Assembly (NCBI GenBank): GCA_965215195.1
Contig: CBDCDC010000002.1
Span: forward strand, 1,504,001-1,568,000
Reading direction: 5' to 3'
From: Candidatus Latescibacterota bacterium
GTDB lineage: Bacteria; Latescibacterota; UBA2968; UBA8231
DNA: 64,000 nt
The notes under the pieces are model-generated. The model did no database searches, had not been told where the DNA came from, and worked only from the letters and a program-made list of their open reading frames with translations. The position numbers and the translations under genes were made by a program. Shown piece after piece: positions 48,709 to 60,432 of the stretch (the first letter of the stretch is position 1; the number at the start of each line of letters is the position of its first letter).

Positions 48709-49494
48709 TCACCCGCGCTCAGCCGGGATCTGGCGCAGCAGTTCGCTCCAAGCCGCGCCCAGATCCATCACGTCCCCGCCGCAAATTACCAAGTCGCAAC
48801 CCGCGTCCATGGCGGCCGTAAGCAGTGGCCCCGGCAAGGTGAAGATGCCGCTCAGCTTGCCGGCGGCCCGCGCCTTGGCCAAACACGAGAGCACGGCCTC
48901 GCGCAGACCGGGATCGCCCATCTGGCCGGTGCAGCCCATGCTGACGGCCAAATCGCTCGGCCCCATGAAGATCCCAGCGAGGCCCTCCACAGCCACTATT
49001 TCATCGACATTCGCCACGGCCTCCACAGTCTCAATCTGCACAAAGAGATGGGTGCGCGCATTGGCGCGGGCTAGGGCCTCGTGCAGGTTTTCCAGCCCAA
49101 AACCCATGCCGCGCGTGCGCACGTTGAAGCCGCGCCGACCCAACGGCGGGTACTTGCCCACCTCGACGATGCGGCGCGCGTACTCCGCATCGTCCACCAT
49201 CGGGACGAGCACGATCCGCGCCCCGATTTCGAGTGCCCGCAGCACGTGGTGGCGCTCGCCATCGGGCAGGCGAATGAGGGGGAAAATGCCGCCGGCCTCC
49301 GCAGCCAAGCACAAGGTCTCGGCCCGCTCAAAGCCGACCGGGCCGTGTTCGCTTTCGATCCACACCGCTTCAAAACCGACCTGCGCCGCCAGCGAGACGA
49401 GCAGGGGCGAGGCGCTGTTGACGGTGACGCCGCGGACCCGGCGCGGGCGACCGGCCCGATCTAAGAATACGTCGTCGGTGATTTTTAAGGTCAT
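48709..49494 (-). CDS. HpcH/HpaI aldolase
   Basis: 'WIESEH', 'YPPLGRRG', 'QIET', 'MGPSDL'. Confidence 0.88.
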   Translation of the reverse strand: MTLKITDDVFLDRAGRPRRVRGVTVNSASPLLVSLAAQVGFEAVWIESEHGPVGFERAETLCLAAEAGGIFPLIRLPDGERHHVLRALEIGARIVLVPMVDDAEYARRIVEVGKYPPLGRRGFNVRTRGMGFGLENLHEALARANARTHLFVQIETVEAVANVDEIVAVEGLAGIFMGPSDLAVSMGCTGQMGDPGLREAVLSCLAKARAAGKLSGIFTLPGPLLTAAMDAGCDLVICGGDVMDLGAAWSELLRQIPAERG

Positions 49495-49604
49495 AAGAGC
49501 CGTTTCTCTTGTTTGAAGTCGCCTCAATATAGGGCTATTTTCCCGGCCTCCCAATGCGAATAGCTAAAGCGACCTGTCCCCGCGCCGTTCCACGGATGAG
49601 TACT

Positions 49605-50138
49605 AACCAATGGTGCTAGTGGGCTACAAGCTCAAGCCCAGCTTGCCGACGACGATCCAGCGGGGATTGGACCGCCCTTTTCGACCCACCTGCTTCGGCG
49701 GACGCCCCTCCCAGAGCGGATGGATCAACTCGATGCCATAGCTATCGATCACGCCTAAGGAGGTGGGGTCCGCTCGAAAGCGATCGGTCCAGTCTGCATG
49801 GGCGGCAAACAGGCGAAACAAGCGGGTGCGGTCAGGCAGGCGCGGAAAAAAGGCGAGCCAATCGCGCGCTAACCAGCGCTTCACCGCGCCTTTAGGCGTG
49901 ACTAAAACGCCCGTTTGCCGCCGCCTTTGAGCGCATACAGAACCGTTAGGGCCACCGTTTCGCTAGGATATAAGGCGGCTTGGGGGGTTGGGGCACATCG
50001 CCCATCGGGTTGTCGATCCGAGAGAACAGGGCTATTATAAACTCGGCCGGGGTCATGGGACGCTCCTTCGCTGGAAGGTGGGCAAACCTCAGCGTAGGAA
50101 CTACCTTGACCACGGTCAACTCACTAGCACCATTGGTT
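49605..50138 (-). mobile_element. Internally deleted IS (IS982-like DDE transposase remnant) with perfect 17-bp TIRs
   Basis: AACCAATGGTGCTAGTG at 49605-49621 and its reverse complement at 50122-50138. Transposase fragments MTPAEFIIALFSRID... and 'WLARDW..FFPRLPDRTRLFRL...VIDSYGIELIHP'. Confidence 0.82.
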
Positions 50139-50528
50139 GAAATTTCAAATATCCCTTGATTTGTTCACTCAGCGACCATAGGATACAAGGCCGTGAGATG
50201 TTGTGTCTGTCTGTTGCGCTCATCGTAAAGCGCGTGGCGCACCGAATACACCACCGATTCTCGACCTGCTAAAAAATGTTACGTAAGTCATTAAAAAAAC
50301 AATAACTTACCCCCCCCCCTCGAAATTCTGCTCAAGTGCTCAAGCGCTAGATTCCCTACTGCTCAAGCACTGGCGACGGTTCCCAAGCGGCCGTTTGGCG
50401 ATCCGTCCCACCCCGCGCCGCATGTTGCCCATGCGGCCTTCGTCTGTACGCCGTGACCGTCGTCCGCCATGGCGGCCGGTTCCGGTTCCTCTCTATCCAC
50501 CCCTTTATTTCGTAGAAGGAGGCAAACA

Positions 50529-52043
50529 ATGCCTTTATGGAAGCGAGTAAACGCTTGGCTAGTCCTCGTTTTAGGCGTAGTGGCCTGTTCCGATCCGCCG
50601 GTCGCGCCGGTGCCGGCGGGCAAAGCCCTCGGGCAGGCCGAAGCCGATAGCACACAGTCGGACGCTGCGACCGGTAGCCCCGCGCTAGAAGTCGGCTCGT
50701 TTGCCGATGCCAACCTAGAGCTTGCGGTGCGGCGGACGCTGAACAAGCCCGAAGGCCCGCTGACCGCCGACGATTTGGCGTCCCTGACGAAGCTCGACGT
50801 AGAATGGCAAGACGTCTCAGGTATTGAGAGCTTGGCCGGCCTCGAACACGCGACGGCGCTGGACACGCTGAACCTGTGGGGCAACCAGATTGTGGATTTG
50901 AGTCCATTGTCGGGGTTGACCAGCCTGACCCACCTGAACTTAGGGCACAATCAGGTGGTGGATGTGGGTGCGTTGGCGGGCTTGACCAATTTGAAATGGC
51001 TGAGTCTGTGGGGCAATGAGGTGGCGGACGTGAGTCCGTTGGCCGGCTTGACGAAGCTGACGTACCTGAACCTGTGGGGCAACCAGATTGAAGCGGTGAG
51101 TGCGTTGGCGGGGTTGACGAAGCTGATCTCGCTGGACTTGGGGCACAACGCGGTGGCAGATGTGCGGCCGTTGGATGACCTGACCCGGCTGGACTAGCTG
51201 GGCTTGGTGGACAATCTCATTCGCCAACCGGACCTCGCCGCACAGGTGCCCACCTTGATAGAAGGAGACGTCACGGTCTCCGTCGTCCTGCCGAACCCGC
51301 AACCACCGGCTCCACCCCCGGCTCCACCCCCGACTCCGGCTCCACCCCCGGCCCCGGTAGTCGTCTCGTTCGCCAACGCCCACTTAGAGCATGAGGTGCG
51401 GCTGAGACTGAGTAAACCGACAGGCGAACTTACATCCGCGGATCTGGCGTCCCTAACGCGGCTTGACCTAACCGGTCTAAGCATTCAGAGCTTGGCCGGC
51501 TTCGAACACATGACGGCGCTGACTTGGCTGGACCTGTCCGGCAACGCGGCTCTTGCGGATGTGAGTCCGTTGTTGAGCCTGACCAAGTTGAAAACGCTGA
51601 GTCTGAGTGAAACGGCCATTACGGATGCGGAGGTGGCTTCGCTGGCGAGCCTGACCAACCTGACATCTCTGACTCTGGCTGTCACGGCCATTACGGATGC
51701 GGGGGTGGCTTCGCTGTTGAGCCTGACCAAGTTGAAAACGCTGAATCTGGGTGTCACGGCCATTACAGATGCGGGGGTGGCTTCGCTGGCGAGCCTGACC
51801 AATCTGCAAACGCTGCGTCTGCATAACACGGCCATTACAGATGCGGGGGTGGCTTCGCTGGCGAGCCTGACCAACCTGCAAGATCTGTATCTGAATAGCA
51901 CGTCCATTACGGATGTGAGTCCGTTGCTCAGTCTGACCAAGTTGAAAACGCTGTGGCTGTTTAGCGTTACCACCCTCAGTGCCGAGTCAATCAACACACA
52001 CATCCCCGCCCTCGAAGCAAAAGGCGTTACGGTCCACCGATAA
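50529..52043 (+). pseudogene. Internalin-like LRR lipoprotein, copy 2, with an in-frame TAG at 51195-51197
   Basis: Near-identical to copy 1 over the N-terminal half. TGG(W) in 'RLDWLGL' has become TAG, and the same frame continues to 52043. Confidence 0.85.
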
Positions 52044-52054
52044 TGAAAACCCTC

Positions 52055-52182
52055 AGAAGCTGTTGAGTTAAAACGAATATCGGTAACATCAGGCGATTTT
52101 ACGGGGATTTCAGCACCCTGGGGCTTATACGGCTGAAATCAGCCCTTTTCCGTAGATTATTCCGAATAACTCAACAGCTTCT
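52055..52182. mobile_element. MITE-like element family C
   Basis: Perfect 16-bp TIRs AGAAGCTGTTGAGTTA / TAACTCAACAGCTTCT. A related end, CAGACAGCTTCT, lies at ~53061-53072. Confidence 0.7.
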
Positions 52183-52199
52183 TACTCAGGAGTCCTATC

Positions 52200-52904
52200 G
52201 TGATACCACTAGACTACGGGCGCTCGTTTGTAATCGGCAACGGCCCGGAAAACGAGGTGCGGTTCTGGGTTGAGTCGCGGACGCGCATCCTCGACGAAGC
52301 CTCCGGCCGCAGCGAGGACTACGTGCAAGTGGGATCGTGCAAGAGCGAGCACACCTTTGCCAAAGAAAATCTCCTGCACGAGGACAACTACGACTTCCTG
52401 CCGGTCTTTGGCCCGGAGTGGTCGGTCGTCTATCGGCGTCACGCCTATCTGCGAGACAGCTATCGAGAAATCCGCCGCTCCGAGGAGTGGTGGAACGGGC
52501 AGCAGTACCATTTGATAGCTGGGAGCGATGTGGAGGAACTGACCAGCAATGCGGCCGTGCGCGAGGCAACCTACGACTCGGTGCCAATCGCGGCGCAAAC
52601 CCAAGTGCGCAACGAGGACACTGGGTTGCAGGCAATCGTGGAGTACCCAGTCAAGACCATGAACACCAATCGCGCCAACGATATGTACCAAGTTGACAGC
52701 GGCCCGCTGGCCTTCCCGGACCTGAGCCAGCGCCACGCCCGCCACGTCGATGCCCTATCCCTCGCCTTTGTGGTCTTTAATGCGCCGCACTTTGCCGACT
52801 TCGTCCTCGAAGCACCGACCCGCGTAGGCGACGAGCAGGTATATCACTATTCAAAGTTAGTGTCCCTGCCGGCGGTAAACAGGCTCTACGCGGTGCGCGG
52901 ATAA
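52200..52904 (+). CDS. Conserved hypothetical protein
   Basis: AGGAG RBS and host-like codon usage; 'DYGRSF...NEVRFWVESR', 'SCKSE.TF'. Confidence 0.7.
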   Translation: MIPLDYGRSFVIGNGPENEVRFWVESRTRILDEASGRSEDYVQVGSCKSEHTFAKENLLHEDNYDFLPVFGPEWSVVYRRHAYLRDSYREIRRSEEWWNGQQYHLIAGSDVEELTSNAAVREATYDSVPIAAQTQVRNEDTGLQAIVEYPVKTMNTNRANDMYQVDSGPLAFPDLSQRHARHVDALSLAFVVFNAPHFADFVLEAPTRVGDEQVYHYSKLVSLPAVNRLYAVRG

Positions 52905-53202
52905 CACGATGGCAGCACCCAAAGCCCCTCGGAAAAGAGACGCAACAAGCGACTTGATGAGGGTTGGTTTAGCTTAGTACACGACACTAAAGTTTCCGCG
53001 AGCGTTTTTCACAGGGTGAGACGCTCTTGATCTCCGCACAAGGGTCGGTGCCGGAGTTTTCAGACAGCTTCTTAGAGCGTTGACGAGGACGCCCTCAATG
53101 AAGCGGCAGTCCTTGCCAAGACCACTCACTCCATTACTTTATATGCTTTCTTTTGCGCCATTGGAGGCGCAAAATTCACTCATTTTTAATTGGGAGAGAT
53201 CC

Positions 53203-55920
<2,718 letters not shown>

Positions 55921-55931
55921 GCGCATTACGT

Positions 55932-55971
55932 CTTCACCGCGCCTAAAGGCGTGAACAAGGCGCGGTGAAGC
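55932..55971. repeat. REP-like palindrome family B (possible terminator of the TBDR gene)
   Basis: cttcaccgcgcctaaaggcgtgaacaaggcgcggtgaagc. Confidence 0.7.
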
Positions 55972-56083
55972 TAACATTCCTCGTGCTGGCTTAGTGATTG
56001 GTGGTCCGTTCCCTGGGGCTGGCCACTAATCACTAATACCAGTACCCGACCTAGCATCGGCGACCCAGTCGCAAGGAGGCACC

Positions 56084-57070
56084 ATGTACAGAGTAGGAGT
56101 CATAGGCTGCCGGGGCATTGGCAATCGGCACGCCCGCGGGGCCGAGAGCCTAGAAAACGCCGAGGTCGTGGCCGGTTGCGACCTCGTGCCGGCGCAACGC
56201 GACGAATTTGCAGCCCAGTTCGAAGCGACCAATTCCAAACTAAAAATGTACGCCGACTACCGGGAGATGCTGGAAAAAGCCCAGCTCGACATCGTCACGG
56301 TGGCCACCGGCGACAACCGGCACACCGACTTGGTGGTGGCCGCGGCCGAAGCCGGTGTCAAGGGGATTTTCTGCGAAAAGCCACTGGCCACCAGCGTGGA
56401 GGACGCCGACCGCATGGTGGCGGCCGCGGAACGCCACAACGCCTTGCTGTCCGTCGATCACACGCGCCGCTGGATGCCCGTCTGGCATCGCTGCCGCGAA
56501 CTGGTGGCCGCGGGCGAGATTGGCGACGTGAGAGCGGTCTTGTGCGAGCACTACGGCACGCGCTCAATGCTGTTCCGCAACGGCACCCACCTGCTCGACG
56601 CCATCATGTGGTTCGCCGGCAGTAGCCCCGAGTGGCTCGTCGCCGAGCTAGAGGACGGATACGCAGACTACAACGAGTACCGCGGCGACGGCGGACACGA
56701 CCCAGCCACCGAGCCGAGCGCCAATGCCTACATCCATTTCGCCAACGGCGTACGCGGGATCTACCTCGGAGAAAAACAGACCCCCAACCGACTCGACTTC
56801 ACTGTGTCGGGCACCACGGGGAGCATTTTCATCGAGCGGGAAGGCGACGCGTACATCGAGCGAGCCGGAGAGCGGGAGCCGGTTGAACCGCGCCAGTGGA
56901 AAGTGGATGGAATCGAAGCGGGCGTACATGAACTTGTGCACACGCTCGACGGCGAAGGTGAGCTGTCGTGTACTGGCCGAGACGGTCTGACCGTGGTGGA
57001 GATGATGATCGCCTGCCTGCAATCGCAGCAGCAGAACAACGCAAAAGTCGCGCTGCCGCTGCCTAGATAG
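56084..57070 (+). CDS. Gfo/Idh/MocA oxidoreductase
   Basis: 'GVIGC.GIG', 'FCEKP', 'GTHLLD'. Confidence 0.9.
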   Translation: MYRVGVIGCRGIGNRHARGAESLENAEVVAGCDLVPAQRDEFAAQFEATNSKLKMYADYREMLEKAQLDIVTVATGDNRHTDLVVAAAEAGVKGIFCEKPLATSVEDADRMVAAAERHNALLSVDHTRRWMPVWHRCRELVAAGEIGDVRAVLCEHYGTRSMLFRNGTHLLDAIMWFAGSSPEWLVAELEDGYADYNEYRGDGGHDPATEPSANAYIHFANGVRGIYLGEKQTPNRLDFTVSGTTGSIFIEREGDAYIERAGEREPVEPRQWKVDGIEAGVHELVHTLDGEGELSCTGRDGLTVVEMMIACLQSQQQNNAKVALPLPR

Positions 57071-57207
57071 GCACTCGCGGACGAGCGGCCGCGACCGCTG
57101 GGAAGCGCAAGCGCCGGTGCCTACCGAACGCGAAATTGGCGATTTGCACGAATTCGCGCCCTGACCGTACACTGCCCCGCCACGCCGCATTGAGGCGTCC
57201 TCACTGT

Positions 57208-59199
57208 ATGCGCACTTTCTTTTTTCTCGCCCTAACTGCGCCTCTGTTGGTCCCAAGCTCTGGCTGGAGTCTAACCATCTATCGCATCGGTGGATCCGCT
57301 AAGGCCCCACCCCCGGAAGCAGAGCTAGCAGGAGTGGAATTCGCGCCGCTGACTTGGGCGGCGGCCGCCCAGGGGTTCGACGGAAAGATGCAAGGGCTGG
57401 CACTGGGGGAAGTGAGAATCGCGCCCGTACTGGTTTCCCCGAATGACAACCTCATCCTCACCGCCTCGGCTAGAGGAGGTGGCCCGGCCGGCTTTGCCAT
57501 CAAACGCGGGCAGAACCTGTACGGAGTGCTCGTGGCGGATCAATTGGTCGACAAAATTGCCGACGGAGACCCAACCACTGCTTTTCGCCTCGTCGATGAC
57601 CAAGGGCTGGCGAGGTTCTCTTCCGCTTCACCTGGAACCTTCCTGCTCGATTTGGGATGGCACTTTCCCATAAACAGGATTCGCTTCTATCCCACGCCCC
57701 AGTATACAGGACGCAATGTCGAGGAATTTGTCGTCCAAGTCGTAGAGGGCAGCTCCACCGGAGCCGTTGGATCGAGGACGGCCAACTGGCAGAAAATATT
57801 CAATGCTCTCTTCCCCGACGGCACCCGCAGCCAGAGCGTGGCGGGTGCGCCGCGAGACGAGTGGACAGTTGATGTCGTAGGCGCGGTGTCGCCCAATCGG
57901 CAGCAGCTCGTCGATTTTCTCTTTCCCACCCGCACGGTCGAGTACGTGGCGCTGACCGTTGCCGGGCAAGAAATGTGGGAAGTCGCCGAATTGGAAGTCT
58001 ATGGCGAGGGCTACGTGCCTCGGGCACTCTACCAATCCAAGGTGCTGGATTTGGGCGCGACCTCAACCTTGGGGACGCTCCGCTGGACCGGCTGCAAAGA
58101 CGGCGATGCCCACGTCGAAATCCGCACCCGCAGCGGCTCGGACCCGGACCCCAACCGCTACTGGCGCTTCACTGGCCGCGACGATGAGAAGACCTTCCTC
58201 GACGATGAAGGCCAGCCCCTAACCCACACCGCCCACCAAAGCCTGTCCTTTGGCCAAGGCCCCATCACCCCAGATCTGGACCACTGGAGCGACTGGTCGG
58301 GAGGCTACTCCTTCGCCGACAGCTTGGGAACTCCCATGACCTCGCCCGGGCCGCAGCGCTTCGTGCAACTACAAGTCGCTTTCGCCACCAAGGACGGGCA
58401 GGCCGGGGAGCTCGAGCTAGTGGAGTTGCTCATCTCCCGGCCGCCGGTGAGCGGTCCAGTGGTCGCCGAGGTCTGGCCGGTGGCAGTGGAGCCGGCCGCG
58501 GTGACGAGCTTTGTCTATGCCTTGCGGCCGGAACTGGGGCGGGCGACCAGCGGCTTCGATCAGCTCGTGCTGGAGACCTCGGGTCGGTTTGTCGGGGTGG
58601 ATTCGGTGCGGATCAATCAGGAGCGGCAGGCTCTTGTGCTGGCGGAGCCGCTCCAGGACCAGCGGCTGGTGGTGGCCCTGCCGCGGCTGGGGCCGGCCGA
58701 CAACCAGAAAGTGGTGGAGCTGTTCTTTCAAGCCCAGAGCTTCCACTTTGGCACTTGGTTCCACGGGGCGGTGTTCGACTCGGAGCGGCCCCTAGCGGTG
58801 GGGCAGCGGGTGGAGGCGGGCGATGCGCTTTTTCAGCTAGAGGGCAATCAAGTGTGGGTGGGCATCCAGCTAGACCGTGGGCTGCTGCAGCAAGTGGGGG
58901 TGGCAACGCCGCTACTCACGCCCAATGGGGACGGGGTCAACGACGCAGTGGCCATCGAATACACCGTGCTCAAGTTGGCCCGAGCTGGGGCGGTGGAGGT
59001 GACCGTTTTCGATATAGCGGGGCACCGGGTGCGACAGCTCTACGAGGGCCGCGATCGCAGCGGCCGGTACGGTCGGTGGTGGGACGGCCGAGGCGCGGAC
59101 GGTCGGGTGGTGGGGCCGGGTTTGTATGTATATCGAGTGCGCGTTGCCGCCGATCAGGGCTGGGAACAGCGCAGCGGCCTCATTCCCGTCGCGTATTAG
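57208..59199 (+). CDS. Secreted protein with a C-terminal FlgD-Ig/'PNGDGVND' domain, paralogue 1
   Basis: Signal peptide; 'TPNGDGVND....Y....V.V.VFD.AG..VR......WDG......PG.Y.Y.V'. Confidence 0.82.
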   Translation: MRTFFFLALTAPLLVPSSGWSLTIYRIGGSAKAPPPEAELAGVEFAPLTWAAAAQGFDGKMQGLALGEVRIAPVLVSPNDNLILTASARGGGPAGFAIKRGQNLYGVLVADQLVDKIADGDPTTAFRLVDDQGLARFSSASPGTFLLDLGWHFPINRIRFYPTPQYTGRNVEEFVVQVVEGSSTGAVGSRTANWQKIFNALFPDGTRSQSVAGAPRDEWTVDVVGAVSPNRQQLVDFLFPTRTVEYVALTVAGQEMWEVAELEVYGEGYVPRALYQSKVLDLGATSTLGTLRWTGCKDGDAHVEIRTRSGSDPDPNRYWRFTGRDDEKTFLDDEGQPLTHTAHQSLSFGQGPITPDLDHWSDWSGGYSFADSLGTPMTSPGPQRFVQLQVAFATKDGQAGELELVELLISRPPVSGPVVAEVWPVAVEPAAVTSFVYALRPELGRATSGFDQLVLETSGRFVGVDSVRINQERQALVLAEPLQDQRLVVALPRLGPADNQKVVELFFQAQSFHFGTWFHGAVFDSERPLAVGQRVEAGDALFQLEGNQVWVGIQLDRGLLQQVGVATPLLTPNGDGVNDAVAIEYTVLKLARAGAVEVTVFDIAGHRVRQLYEGRDRSGRYGRWWDGRGADGRVVGPGLYVYRVRVAADQGWEQRSGLIPVAY

Positions 59200-59445
59200 C
59201 CGCTTGAGAAAACTGGCCCGGCCAACCCACTACCTATTATTCTATTGATTTGCTACTTAAATTTCTTTATAACAACACATAGTTCGCCCGTCGTTTAGAA
59301 TCTATTATTCCCACGGAAAGCGTGAAGTCACAAAAGAAAGGAGGGAATGAGCAAAGAAGTTGCGAATTTAGCTCAAACTCCATGGATGAAAAGAGGTGGG
59401 GTGGTTGTTTATGTCTCCTATCCATCATTGAGAAAGGAAAAAACA

Positions 59446-60333
59446 ATGGCACGTCGCATCATGGTCGCTGCTCTAGCGTTCACTCTGATCGCAGGAGGTA
59501 GCGCATCCGCACATTCCCCCGAAGGCGAAATTTTTAGCGCCTTCCAGTGGCCCCCAGGTCTCGAGCCCGTACTAGACGGAGTTGGCAGTGAGTACGGTAT
59601 CATTCCCGAGCCCTACTGGCAGACCACGGAACAATTCCCTGACACCCAAGGCGGCCGGGATATCGATCCGTCGAATTTCGACGCCAAGGCCACGATAACC
59701 TACAGTCTCGGCACCAACTTGATCTACGCGTACAGCGAGGTGTTCGACGACATCAGCATACCGCCCGACACTTGGCAGTTCATGATTGATGCCGACCACA
59801 GCGGGGGCGATTGCTATCCCGACACCGACGACAATGCGCGCTGGCACGCCTCGGCCTGCCAGCAGTACGAGGTGTACAACCACATTCCCGGGGAGGAGGG
59901 AGACGACCCCGTCCACTTCTTCTGGGGGACCGCTACTTGGCTGCCCGAGGAGGGCTGGTACAACATAACATGCACCTTTGACGGCGAGAAAGACGGTCCG
60001 GGCACGGTCTATCGGGAAGTGCAGTTTATGCCCCTCAACGACCTCAACTCCCCGGCTGGAGCAGCAGAGTCCGTCACCCACACCCTGGCCGAGGGCGAGA
60101 TCATAGGGCTCGGGTACAACTGGATGGACTACGACGAAGTGGGCCGCGAGGTTCAGGGGGGCGGCTGGCAGGCCTTCTACAACCTGAGCCAGCACGACCG
60201 GATGTACCGCAGTGGCGACGGTGCCTGCGACTTTTTCCTAGCCCCCGTGGATGAGACGGTCGATTTCAGCGCGATTCCCTCCGCGGTCGAGGCCACGACC
60301 TGGGGCCGGATAAAGACCGGATTCGTCCACTAG
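59446..60333 (+). CDS. Secreted acidic protein with a C-terminal 'AVEATTWGRIK' motif
   Basis: Signal peptide 'ASA-H'; CBM9/DOMON-like acidic body; TWGxIK tail. Confidence 0.72.
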   Translation: MARRIMVAALAFTLIAGGSASAHSPEGEIFSAFQWPPGLEPVLDGVGSEYGIIPEPYWQTTEQFPDTQGGRDIDPSNFDAKATITYSLGTNLIYAYSEVFDDISIPPDTWQFMIDADHSGGDCYPDTDDNARWHASACQQYEVYNHIPGEEGDDPVHFFWGTATWLPEEGWYNITCTFDGEKDGPGTVYREVQFMPLNDLNSPAGAAESVTHTLAEGEIIGLGYNWMDYDEVGREVQGGGWQAFYNLSQHDRMYRSGDGACDFFLAPVDETVDFSAIPSAVEATTWGRIKTGFVH

Positions 60334-60371
60334 CCATCCCTCACGCCCGAGGAGATAGCCTGCTATCTTCC

Positions 60372-60406
60372 GCCGCCTGGCACATGGTTCCAGTGTGCCA
60401 GGCGGC
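60372..60406. terminator. Intergenic hairpin
   Basis: GCCGCCTGGCACA-N9-TGTGCCAGGCGGC; no T-tail. Confidence 0.45.
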
Positions 60407-60432
60407 ATCCTAGAAGCCGAAGAGTTTCGCGG

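Noticed and set aside
51195-51197. Programmed amber read-through or pyrrolysine
   Set aside because: The paralogue has TGG here, so a single G->A change or a sequencing error is simpler. TAG ends many other genes in the window.
52905-53202. Cobalamin or TPP riboswitch upstream of the TonB-dependent receptor
   Set aside because: I could not recognise the conserved boxes. The region contains MITE/IS end fragments instead. An Rfam scan would settle it.
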